Below are positions 1 to 8,723 of a DNA stretch of 64,000 bases, piece after piece. Origin of the DNA: Bacillota bacterium (GTDB lineage Bacteria; Bacillota; Sulfobacillia; Sulfobacillales; JAIMBI01); NCBI GenBank assembly GCA_021846505.1, contig JAJZWV010000006.1, forward strand, positions 14,448-78,447, written 5' to 3'. The position numbers and the translations under genes were made by a program. The stretch's first letter is position 1; each line of letters begins with the position of its first letter. Under the pieces are notes generated by a model. That model ran no database searches, was not told the origin of the DNA, and was given only the letters and a program-made list of their open reading frames with translations.

Positions 1-755
1 TGGGCCGCCAGCATGAAGCGCTGGTCGCCGTCGACCGCTTGGAGCAGCGCAGCCGCGCCTATGGGCCGCTGCCGGAGCCGGACGTGGCCGCAGCCGATGC
101 ACCGGAGGTTCCCCGCCACTCCGCTCGCGATACGATTCGCTTGTACGCTCGCGCCACTGTGGTCAGCGCGGTGGGCGCCACCGGCACGTTCTTCATGTTT
201 TACGTGGTGCTGACCTACATGCCCACCGTGTTCCGCCAGCTGGGCCTGCCGTTTGCGACGTCCCTCGCGTTTGCGGCCATGGTTACGGCGGCGGCCATTC
301 CCGGCAAACTGCTGAATGGCCACCTGTCGGAGCGCTGGGGCCGCAAGGCCGTGTTCGCGCTGTTCATGGGCTTCGCCGCGCTGTCGGCCATCCTGTTTGC
401 CACCGCGCCCTCGATTGGATGGCGCCTCGCGGATGGCATGGGCATGTCCTTCTTCGGCACTGGCGCCTTCCCGGGCCTCAAAATGTACTACGCCGAGCAG
501 TACCCCACCGGCTATCGAGTCACGGGCGCCTCCACCGTGGAAGCCGTGTCGCGAACCCTCGGAGGGATCGTGGGCGCCGCCCTGATGCCCATCGCCTGGC
601 ACTCGATGGGGCTCGGATCTTCGTTTCTCATCATTGCGGCCGTCGCGCTGGTGTCCCTCGCCGTGGTGGCGCTGTGGGGCCGGGAGACTCGCGGCATGAC
701 GCTGGAGCGCATCGAGCAGCAGTACCTGGCGCCTAAGGCCGCCGCCAACTCGTAG
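1..755 (+). CDS. MFS transporter, C-terminal part (5' end outside window)
   Basis: Six hydrophobic helices, GHLSERWGRK loop motif, AEQYPTGYRVTG and C-terminal RETRG motifs; frame is open back to the window start. Confidence 0.85.
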   Translation, partial: GRQHEALVAVDRLEQRSRAYGPLPEPDVAAADAPEVPRHSARDTIRLYARATVVSAVGATGTFFMFYVVLTYMPTVFRQLGLPFATSLAFAAMVTAAAIPGKLLNGHLSERWGRKAVFALFMGFAALSAILFATAPSIGWRLADGMGMSFFGTGAFPGLKMYYAEQYPTGYRVTGASTVEAVSRTLGGIVGAALMPIAWHSMGLGSSFLIIAAVALVSLAVVALWGRETRGMTLERIEQQYLAPKAAANS

Positions 756-803
756 CGCCCCCGATCCGGCGCCGCCACCGGGATGCGCCCGCTCGCGCCG
801 TGT

Positions 804-1241
804 TCAGGTGGCGGCGGCAGCCACCCGCCACTGGCCCACCCAGGTCGCTGTGACGGCCGGCGCGCCGCCGGCGCGGGGCGCCACCGCAGCCTCTACTACG
901 ACTTGCGCGCCCTCCACCGACACCACCCGGCCGGTGAGCACCATGGCGACCCCTGGCCGCACGGGGGCGCGGAAGCGCACTGCCAATGAGGCGGGCGCCT
1001 CGGCGCCCGCGGCCGCGGATACGTACGCCGCGAGGCGCCCCATAACGAGCATCCCGTGCGCGATGATTCCGTCCTTTAGGCCAAACTCCCGCGCCACGCG
1101 GTCATCCAGGTGTATCGGGTTGTGGTCCCCGGACGCGTCCGCGTAGCGGCGCAGGTCCTCCGCCGTCAGGACAAATTCCTGTGGCGGAAGCTCCTCGCCC
1201 GGTGCGGGCGCTCCGAACCAGGGACCCGCCGTGGGCGTCAT
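804..1241 (-). CDS. MaoC family hot-dog dehydratase (catalytic subunit)
   Basis: YADASGDHNPIHLD and IAHGML hydratase motifs; ATG at 1241 overlaps the upstream stop (ATGA). Confidence 0.9.
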   Translation of the reverse strand: MTPTAGPWFGAPAPGEELPPQEFVLTAEDLRRYADASGDHNPIHLDDRVAREFGLKDGIIAHGMLVMGRLAAYVSAAAGAEAPASLAVRFRAPVRPGVAMVLTGRVVSVEGAQVVVEAAVAPRAGGAPAVTATWVGQWRVAAAAT

Positions 1242-1711
1242 GCGTGCACCTCCTCTGGCAACGTCACCATCACGGTGGAGCGGCACTCCACCAAGAGCGG
1301 CGCCTCGTCCTGACGGCCTGCGCCACCTGCCGCGCTATCTTCCCGCCAGGCCCACATCTGGTTCACCACCACGACAATGGCCAGCCGACCGCGCCGCCGC
1401 ACACTCTCCAGCCATCCCACTACGCTCACCCGCTCGCCCACGGCCAGCAGCCGCCCCGCTGGATACGCCACCTCCTGCGCTGCATGAACCACCCCCGCCG
1501 AGGGCAGGCACAAGCCCGGCACATCCAGCGTTTGCAGCCGTGCCGGAAACGTGGTCGGGGCTGAGTCAGCCACGCCGCGAGCAGCCGCCGCCGGGTCCAC
1601 CACCGCACGAAAAGCTCGGACCTCGTCGGGTAACACCGCCCGCACTACTGCGGGCGACGGCTCCCGCAGGCGCGCCGGGTCCCAGCGAAATCCCCCGCCA
1701 GAGGCCGTCAT
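1238..1711 (-). CDS. MaoC/FAS1-like dehydratase partner subunit (HadA-like hot-dog fold)
   Basis: VRAFRAVV...APTTF...VVHAAQEVAY pattern; translationally coupled to both neighbours by ATGA overlaps. Confidence 0.7.
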   Translation of the reverse strand: MTASGGGFRWDPARLREPSPAVVRAVLPDEVRAFRAVVDPAAAARGVADSAPTTFPARLQTLDVPGLCLPSAGVVHAAQEVAYPAGRLLAVGERVSVVGWLESVRRRGRLAIVVVVNQMWAWREDSAAGGAGRQDEAPLLVECRSTVMVTLPEEVHA

Positions 1712-2547
1712 AGGGGCACCTCCCTCAGCACATACCGGCCGTCCGACAACTCGGTCACCACCCCTTCCCGCTCCAAAGCGGCCAAGTGGCCCAGCAGCAT
1801 GAGCTGGCCCGCCCGGTATAGGTGCACCTCGCGCTGGCCATAAATGGCCGCCGACAGCTCGGGCACCGACAGCGCACCCTCCGCCAGCAAATCCACCACC
1901 TGCCGGTCCCGCTCGGCCCGGTGCTCCCGATAGTAGGCAAGCCATCCGCGCGGATCGCGCACCACCGAGCCATGGCCCGGCCCGATGACGCTGGGGCTCA
2001 GCGCCAAGAGGCGCTCCAGCGTTTGGCGATACGCGTGCAGGTCGCCCGCAGGCGGGACCACGACCGAGGTGGTGTCCCCCAGCACGTTGTCGCCAGCCAG
2101 CAGCAGGTGCTCCTCGGGGAGCCATAGGTTCAGCTGGCCTGGGGTGTGTCCCGGCAGGTGCAACAGCTCCACCGGCACGCCACCAATGGCACAGCGACCG
2201 GGCGCCAGCTCCTCGGCGGCGGGGCAGTCGGCAAGCACGGCCGCCCGATCCGCAGCATGCACCCCCACCAGCGCCTGAAAAAATTCTCCAGCCCAGGACG
2301 CCCCGCCAAAGTGGTCGCGGTGGCCATGGGTGATGAGAATCTGGGACACGCGCGGCTCGCCCAGGGCAGCCCAAGCGGCTGCCAGCGCCTCCGTGGCCCG
2401 CGGGCCGCCGTCGCCGGTGTCCACCAGCCACACCTCCGCTGCGGTGCCCACGAAGTAGCACTGAGTGCCCTCGTACGGCTTGAGGGTCAAGCCAGGCGCA
2501 TGCACCCGCCACACTGCGGGCGACAGCTGCTCCACCGCCGCGCTCAA
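1708..2547 (-). CDS. MBL-fold metallo-hydrolase (LACTB2-like, C-terminal winged helix)
   Basis: THGHRDH, PGHTPG, AGDNVL and PGHG motifs; TTG at 2547 overlaps the PilZ gene stop. Confidence 0.85.
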   Translation of the reverse strand: MSAAVEQLSPAVWRVHAPGLTLKPYEGTQCYFVGTAAEVWLVDTGDGGPRATEALAAAWAALGEPRVSQILITHGHRDHFGGASWAGEFFQALVGVHAADRAAVLADCPAAEELAPGRCAIGGVPVELLHLPGHTPGQLNLWLPEEHLLLAGDNVLGDTTSVVVPPAGDLHAYRQTLERLLALSPSVIGPGHGSVVRDPRGWLAYYREHRAERDRQVVDLLAEGALSVPELSAAIYGQREVHLYRAGQLMLLGHLAALEREGVVTELSDGRYVLREVPL

Positions 2548-3314
2548 TAGTCCCACCGATGGCGGCGGCAAAACAGCACCCAGCGCGCCATGTCCGAACC
2601 CTCCAGCGGTGGATCCCACCGCAGGACCGCATCCCAGCCATCATAACCGCGGTAGCCGGTGGGCTCGCTCCCGCATCGGATGACCGACAGCGTGCCCGCC
2701 AGCGGCGGCTCCTCATCCAGCGCAAACTCCGCCTGCAGGACGTCGCCCTCGGCCAGCGCCTCGGGCGTGAACGCCCGGGCGCCACTGGGCGAAATGTCCC
2801 GCGTAATGCTGGCAAATCCCCGCCCCAGCAGCCCGCGGGCGTCCACACGCGTGAGGCGCACCCGCACATGCGCCGCCGCCCGCAGCTCATGGCGCCGGTT
2901 GCGGCGATGCGGCGGGCCCAAGTAGCGCACTTCCAGCGCGGGCAGCGGCTCCAACACCTCCCGCACCTCCACGGGGTAAGCATCCACCCACTCGTCGTGG
3001 CCCCACTGAAGTTCGACGCGCTCGCCCAGGAGCGCCCAACCCACCACCGTGCCGCCGCCCGCACTTCTGGGGGCATCCAGGTAATCCACCGGCGCCTCGC
3101 CGGAGCGCGGCTCTCGCCCCATGACGCGCGAGGACAGGACGCCGCCGTCCGGCAGGTGCAGCTCGATGCCCGCGTGCACCGGAGGCAGCATCTCGGGGTC
3201 CACGGCGGCGGGCCGCTCCTCCGGGCCGCGAGGGGAGCGCCCCCGGCCGCCCAGCCAAGAGCGCACCGGGCGCCCAGGACTTGGCGGATCGGCCGGCACC
3301 CCGGTTTTGGCCAT
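2544..3314 (-). CDS. PilZ domain protein (YcgR-like c-di-GMP receptor)
   Basis: RRNRRHELR (RxxxR) and DISPSG (DxSxxG) motifs; GGGGAGG RBS upstream. Confidence 0.8.
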   Translation of the reverse strand: MAKTGVPADPPSPGRPVRSWLGGRGRSPRGPEERPAAVDPEMLPPVHAGIELHLPDGGVLSSRVMGREPRSGEAPVDYLDAPRSAGGGTVVGWALLGERVELQWGHDEWVDAYPVEVREVLEPLPALEVRYLGPPHRRNRRHELRAAAHVRVRLTRVDARGLLGRGFASITRDISPSGARAFTPEALAEGDVLQAEFALDEEPPLAGTLSVIRCGSEPTGYRGYDGWDAVLRWDPPLEGSDMARWVLFCRRHRWDY

Positions 3315-3387
3315 CACGGATACCCCTCCCCCGTGACCTGCTTGCGAGTTCAGCATAGCGAACCCACCCATCCGCCCAAAGCTTTAG

Positions 3388-5304
3388 TCACATTTCCTCC
3401 GGCGCCGGCAGCCCCAGAACCGCCAGCACATCCTGCAGCACCTGCTGCACGCGCCCGGTCAGGCGAATCCGCCCCGGCTGACTGGCCGCATCGGCCCGCG
3501 CCACCGGATGTGTCTCGTAAAAGTGCGTGAACTCCTCTGCCAGCCGGTACGCGTAAGTGGCCAGCAGCGTCGGGTTGACGGCGGCGGCGGCTTCCGCCAA
3601 GACACTGGGCCACGCGGCCAAGTGGCGAGCCAGTGCCCGCTCGGCCGGGGACAGCGTCCGCGGCGGCCCGCTGGTCGCGAGGCCGGCCACGCGGCGCAGC
3701 ACCGATGCGGCCCGAGCATGCGCGTACATGAGGTAGGGCCCCGTGTTGCCGTGCACATCCCGGGCTGCATCCACATCAAACACAATCTCCGTCGACAAGT
3801 TGTGCCGCAGCAGATAGTACCGGATGGCTCCGACCGCCACTTCGGTGCTGCTGAGCCCGGTGGCCCGGCTCCGGCTGGCCTCCACGGCGGCCTCGACCGC
3901 ACTCAACAGCTCAGACACCTTGATGCCGATGCCCTGCCGCCCGGCCATAGGATACGAGGGGCGGCCTGCGGAGGTGTCGACGCCCAGCTGCGCCGCCGTG
4001 GCGGGCGATAGCGACACGACGCCGTAGCTCACGTGGGTCAAGGCCTCCGCCGCATCTTGGTGGCCCAGCGCGGCGAGCGCCAGGCGCACCATGTCCTGGG
4101 CGTAATCCTGACGGTGGTCTATGACATTTACCACCCGATCCGCGTGGCCAAACGCCACGGGCGGCTCCTGCCCGACGTGTGCGGTGGTCCAGGTGCCGCT
4201 GCCGCCCGCCGGCCGGTATTGGAAGTCGCGGTCCAGCCGCCCAAACTTCCACAGGTGGTAGGCGATGTCCTTGGCCACATAGGTGAGGGTGCCGTTGGAC
4301 CGCACCAGCACCTTATCGGGGTTGAAGCGCGGGTCTTCCCCTCCCGCCTCGGGTGGGCATGCGTCGTCATCGCCTGCCCGGAGCACCCAGCAGCCCGCCA
4401 GCCGCCCCGTGGATTCATGGACCAGCCGCGGCGAGCGCGACAGGTCCTCAAACGCCCGCGCCCAAAAGCCCTCACGCACAATGTCCGACTCGTGCACCAA
4501 AAGGTCGTACGCGATGTGAAAGCGGCGCATATCCTCCAGCTGCTCCTGCACCAGCCGGTCGGTCATCAGCTGGCCCACCCAGGCCGTGCTGTTGTCTTGG
4601 CGCTCCAGCGCCTCCAGCGTCGCGCGCTCCCGCGCCTGCCACTCCGGGTCCGCGGCCACGCGCCGGGCCACTTCGGCGTATAAGTCCCAGCAAAAGTCGT
4701 CAAAGCGGTGACTCGGCACGGGGTGGGGAAAATCCAAGTGCCTGAGCCCCATCAGGGTGTCCGCCACCTGCTTGCCCAGGTCATCCACGTAGTTGTGGAC
4801 TTCCACCGAAGCCCCCACGCGGCGCAGCAGGCGGGCCAGCACATCCCCCACGACCGCACTCCTCAGATGCCCCACGTGCATCGCCTTGTTGGGGTTGACC
4901 GACGTGTGCTCTACCACCACTTTGGTGGCCATGGGCGGAAAGGAGGGCACGCCCGGCCCCAACAGCCAGGGCCAAAAATCGACCGTGAGATTCAAGTGGC
5001 CGGGCGGCGCCGCCTCCACGCTGGTGGCGAGGGCGGATAGGGCCTCCACGCGCGGGGCCAGCGCCTCGGCAATAGCTAGCGGGGCGCGTCGGGCCACCTT
5101 GGCCAGGCCAAAGGCGGCATTGCTGGTGAAGTCCCCAAACTCCGGACGGGCGGAAGCCTCCACCGCCACGGCCGGCGGCTCGGGCAGCTCCACCCCTTCC
5201 TCGGCCGCCCATGCCAGAATAGCGCAGCGAATGTCGTCCGCCAGCTGCGCGGCCAGCGGCCGGCTCGCAGCCGGGCTGCTCTCGGTGCGATCGTCCTGCG
5301 TAAG
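3388..5304 (-). CDS. argS: Arginine--tRNA ligase (start uncertain, see findings)
   Basis: FGDFTSN, EHTSVNPNKAMHVGH (HIGH motif), GPYLMYAHAR and FYE in the DALR domain, C-terminal PEEM. Confidence 0.93.
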   Translation of the reverse strand, partial: LTQDDRTESSPAASRPLAAQLADDIRCAILAWAAEEGVELPEPPAVAVEASARPEFGDFTSNAAFGLAKVARRAPLAIAEALAPRVEALSALATSVEAAPPGHLNLTVDFWPWLLGPGVPSFPPMATKVVVEHTSVNPNKAMHVGHLRSAVVGDVLARLLRRVGASVEVHNYVDDLGKQVADTLMGLRHLDFPHPVPSHRFDDFCWDLYAEVARRVAADPEWQARERATLEALERQDNSTAWVGQLMTDRLVQEQLEDMRRFHIAYDLLVHESDIVREGFWARAFEDLSRSPRLVHESTGRLAGCWVLRAGDDDACPPEAGGEDPRFNPDKVLVRSNGTLTYVAKDIAYHLWKFGRLDRDFQYRPAGGSGTWTTAHVGQEPPVAFGHADRVVNVIDHRQDYAQDMVRLALAALGHQDAAEALTHVSYGVVSLSPATAAQLGVDTSAGRPSYPMAGRQGIGIKVSELLSAVEAAVEASRSRATGLSSTEVAVGAIRYYLLRHNLSTEIVFDVDAARDVHGNTGPYLMYAHARAASVLRRVAGLATSGPPRTLSPAERALARHLAAWPSVLAEAAAAVNPTLLATYAYRLAEEFTHFYETHPVARADAASQPGRIRLTGRVQQVLQDVLAVLGLPAPEEM

Positions 5305-5446
5305 CCCATCCCCTTGTCATCCTGCCCAAATTCGTGATAGACGGTGATCACAGACGTGATGCAGCGTGTTGGACACGATGTTAGCAGACTCGCGCGCCGG
5401 GGCCCCACCCGCCACCGGTGCGCCGGCGGCAGGAAGGGCGGTTTGC

Positions 5447-6313
5447 GTGGATTATTATCGGTACCATGGCCTGGGAAACGATTATCTGGTGATTGATCCG
5501 CGCGAAACCGCCACCCCCATCACCCCGGCCGCGGTGCGGCTTATCTGCGACCGCCACTTCGGGCTGGGCTCGGACGGCATTTTGCTGGGTCCGCTGTTTC
5601 TCGACCCCGATCAGCCCCATCGGGCCTCGGTCCGGATTTTCAACCCCGACGGCGGCGAGGCGGAAAAAAGCGGCAACGGCACGCGGATTTTTGCCCGCTA
5701 TCTGGTGGATGCCCACGACCAGTCCGTAGGCCAGCGCTTTGTCATCGGCACGGCGGGCGGGCCGGTCTCCGCACTGGTGTCCGACCCGCGGCACCGCATT
5801 GAGATGGGCATGGGGACGGTGAGCTTCCACAGTACGGCCGTGGGGATGGCGGGGCCAGACCGCGAAGTGGTGAGCGAGTCCCTGGCCGTCAAGGGGCGCC
5901 CTTTCGCCATTACCGCTGCCAGCATTGGCAACCCGCACTGCGTCGTGCCCGTGCCACGGGCTACGGCAGCACTGGCCCAGGAGCTGGGGCCCGCGATTGA
6001 AAGCCACCCCGCCTTTCGGCAGCGCACCAATGTGCAGCTGCTGGAGGTCATCGGCCGCGCGTCGATCCGCATTGAGATTTGGGAGCGGGGCGCGGGCTAC
6101 ACGCTGGCGTCCGGCAGCTCCGCCTCGGCGGCGGCGGCGGCGGCGGTGCGGCTCGGATTAGCTGACCGCCAGCTGAAAGTGCACATGCCGGGCGGGTCGC
6201 TGCAGGTGGCCGTGGCGCCGGACTGGTCAGTCACCTTGGTGGGCCCCGTCGAAGCGGTGGGCTCGGGCTATTGGGCGCCCGACTTTCTCGACCGCCTGGC
6301 CGCCGCCGGCTGA
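5447..6313 (+). CDS. dapF: Diaminopimelate epimerase family protein (Ser/Ser active-site variant)
   Basis: YHGLGNDY, CDRHFGLGSDG, FNPDG, GNPH and WERGAG motifs; both catalytic Cys positions read Ser (EKSGNG, TLASGSS). Confidence 0.8.
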   Translation: MDYYRYHGLGNDYLVIDPRETATPITPAAVRLICDRHFGLGSDGILLGPLFLDPDQPHRASVRIFNPDGGEAEKSGNGTRIFARYLVDAHDQSVGQRFVIGTAGGPVSALVSDPRHRIEMGMGTVSFHSTAVGMAGPDREVVSESLAVKGRPFAITAASIGNPHCVVPVPRATAALAQELGPAIESHPAFRQRTNVQLLEVIGRASIRIEIWERGAGYTLASGSSASAAAAAAVRLGLADRQLKVHMPGGSLQVAVAPDWSVTLVGPVEAVGSGYWAPDFLDRLAAAG

Positions 6314-8548
6314 GTCTTCGCGGGGCAGCCACTCGGGCCAGTCACCGCGGCACACCACGGCCAGGCGGTGGCGGGCGCGGCTGGCGGCCACGTACAGCGC
6401 GGAGCGGGCGGCGGGCGCCTCATAGGCAGACACATCGGCCACCACCACGGCGTCAAATTCCAGACCGCCCGCCAGGGCCAGCGGCACCACCATGGCGCCG
6501 CCCGGAAACCGGCCCGCAGGATTGTCCAGCAGCGCGCACGGCTGGCCCGCTTCGGCCAGCTGGGCCGCGACCGCTTGGGCCTCGGCGGCGGTCGCGCAAA
6601 TGACCGCAAGCGTGCCGTCCGGCGGTGCTTGGCGCACCACGCGTGCCAGCGCCAGCGGCCAGTCGGCCTCCGAGGCTTGCACCAGCCGCGGGGTGGCCGA
6701 TACCTCCCCAGCCGCCCATTCCATGACCGGCTCGGGGTGCGCGTCGCCCCGGGATGCCAGCCGGCGGCACCAAGCGGCAATGGCCGGAGCCGACCGGTAG
6801 GTTTTCGTGAGCGGCACGGTGCCGATGTCCTCCTCGGGCCACGGCAGCGCCAGAGGCTCGTCCGCCGGCCACCCCAGGCCGGGAACCAGCGCTTGCTCGG
6901 CATCCCCCACGATGGTCACGGGAGCCGCCGGCATGAGTCGGCGGAGGACCGCGAGCTGGCACACCGTCAGCTCATGCGCCTCCTCCACCATCACCAGGCG
7001 CACCGGCCAGGGCAGCTGGGGTCGGAGCAGGGACGCTTTGACGTAGGCCAGCGGCCCAACATCTTCAAACGGCAGCGGGCCCTGCGCCAAGCGCCGCTGG
7101 GCGTCCGCCAGGAACTCACGCACATCCATACCCCCCACGGCCCGTGCGGCGGCCTGCCACCGGGCGTGAGGGCGATACAGGGACTGATACAGCGCCCGCC
7201 AGTCCACCATACCCCCGTTCGCCACCAGCGCCCGGACGGCCTCGGCGCCCTGCTTCACGCGGCGCTGAACGGCCGCCGCCAGCCCGTCGTCGCCAAGCTC
7301 GCTCTGTTCTTCCACCAGTTCCGCCCGGACACGGGCGGCCACCCGCCGCCAAGCGCCCCGCAGCCGCTCCAGCAGCTGCTCCTGTATTAGTCCGAGGCGA
7401 TGGGCCACCGGCCGATCCGCCCATCGGCTCTGCCACCAGCACGCCATGTCGGCGCCCGTGGCCACGACGGTGCCTTCCCACGTCACATCGCGAAAGGGTG
7501 GCGGCTCCTCGGCCAGGGCCCCGAGCCACTCATCCAGCAGGGACACAAACGCCCGCCGCCCGCGCAGGCGGATGCCCGCCAGCCGCACCGGGCCCACCTG
7601 GCCGCTCATCCAGGCGTCAAGCAGGTGGGCGCGCGACTCCACCGACCCGGCCGGCAGCCAGGGAGCCACAAGGTCCTCCCAGGTTGCGTAGCGCGGGTTG
7701 TCCTCGCCCAGCTCTGGCAGCACTTCGGACACATAGTCCGCAAACACCCGATTCGGTACTAAAAACAGCATGTCGGCCGCCGACAGCTTGGGCCGGTGGT
7801 ACAGCAGGTACGCCAGACGCTGCAGGGCCACCGCCGTCTTGCCGCTGCCCGCCGGCCCGGTGACCAGCAGCACGCGGTGCGCGCCGTCGCGAATCGCTCG
7901 GTTCTGCTCGCGCTGGATGGTCGCCACGATGCTGGGCATGCGCGCGCCGCCGCGCTCGGCCATCGCGCGCGCCAGCAGATCGTCGCCGATGTGCAGCGCG
8001 GTATCGAAAAAGCCCACGAGTGCGCCGCGCTCAATTTGGTACTGCCGCTTGCCGGCCACAGTGCCGGCCACTCGGCCGTCTGGGCCTAAAAAGGCTGCCG
8101 GCCCGGGCTCGGCATCGTAGTACAAGCCCGCCATGGGCGTGCGCCAGTCAATGACCAGCGGCTCGCCCTCGTCATCCCAGATGCCCCCCAGGCCCACATA
8201 GAAGGCCTCGGTGTCGCCGCGGCGCTCGGGCTCGGTCTCCTGGAAGCACACCCGCCCAAAATACGGCCGGCGCGCCTCCAGGCTCAGCTGGCGCAGCCGG
8301 CGCGCGTGCGCCCCGGCTTCGGCCTCCAGGCCCTGCAGCAGCGGCATGTTCTGCGCGCGGTCCAGCAGCTGGATCGCCTCCCGCGCCTCATCGTCTGTCC
8401 ACCACCGCCGGAGCCGCGCCAGCTCGTCGCCCACCCGCGCAGCGCCGGCCCCCGCGCTCGCCTGCTCGCGCCGAATTCGCCCTAGGACCCGACTCAAGTA
8501 CGCGCGCTCCTCGGCATCCGTCTCAGGGCGGACCCTGCCCACCGACAC
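6227..8548 (-). CDS. helD: HelD-family RNA polymerase recycling helicase (UvrD-like)
   Basis: PYFGR, IDWRTP, IVATIQREQN, GPAGSGKT, ALQRLAYLLY, TYRS, GLEFD and LYVAASRA motifs. Confidence 0.85.
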   Translation of the reverse strand: MSVGRVRPETDAEERAYLSRVLGRIRREQASAGAGAARVGDELARLRRWWTDDEAREAIQLLDRAQNMPLLQGLEAEAGAHARRLRQLSLEARRPYFGRVCFQETEPERRGDTEAFYVGLGGIWDDEGEPLVIDWRTPMAGLYYDAEPGPAAFLGPDGRVAGTVAGKRQYQIERGALVGFFDTALHIGDDLLARAMAERGGARMPSIVATIQREQNRAIRDGAHRVLLVTGPAGSGKTAVALQRLAYLLYHRPKLSAADMLFLVPNRVFADYVSEVLPELGEDNPRYATWEDLVAPWLPAGSVESRAHLLDAWMSGQVGPVRLAGIRLRGRRAFVSLLDEWLGALAEEPPPFRDVTWEGTVVATGADMACWWQSRWADRPVAHRLGLIQEQLLERLRGAWRRVAARVRAELVEEQSELGDDGLAAAVQRRVKQGAEAVRALVANGGMVDWRALYQSLYRPHARWQAAARAVGGMDVREFLADAQRRLAQGPLPFEDVGPLAYVKASLLRPQLPWPVRLVMVEEAHELTVCQLAVLRRLMPAAPVTIVGDAEQALVPGLGWPADEPLALPWPEEDIGTVPLTKTYRSAPAIAAWCRRLASRGDAHPEPVMEWAAGEVSATPRLVQASEADWPLALARVVRQAPPDGTLAVICATAAEAQAVAAQLAEAGQPCALLDNPAGRFPGGAMVVPLALAGGLEFDAVVVADVSAYEAPAARSALYVAASRARHRLAVVCRGDWPEWLPREDSAGGGQAVEKVGRPIARAHRFDGAHQGD

Positions 8549-8723
8549 TCACCCTTCCCGCGCTTCCGGCCGCCCAAACTCGGATACTTATTGTACCCGC
8601 TGCCCTGCGCGGTGGCTCGCCGCCGCTCGCGAGCAAGCGCCCGCCGCCCTGCTGAGCGGCGTCCAGCCTGGTTCCGAAGGGGTTCGAGAATGATCGCGGC
8701 ACCGCTGCGGGCCGATGCCGCCG

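Noticed and set aside
1712-3076. Long N-terminal extension of the 612-aa ORF 1238..3076
   Set aside because: Overlaps the MBL and PilZ genes out of frame; the real start is ATG 1711. The same reasoning trims ORFs 8724..10622, 9917..11716, 37854..39653 and 40744..42588.
5310-5440. T-box riboswitch upstream of argS (also sought upstream of glyQ)
   Set aside because: No AGGGTGGNACCGCG T-box motif or room for a leader was found.
8549-8720. Rifamycin-associated element upstream of helD
   Set aside because: No matching inverted repeat found; only a TACAAT -10-like hexamer.
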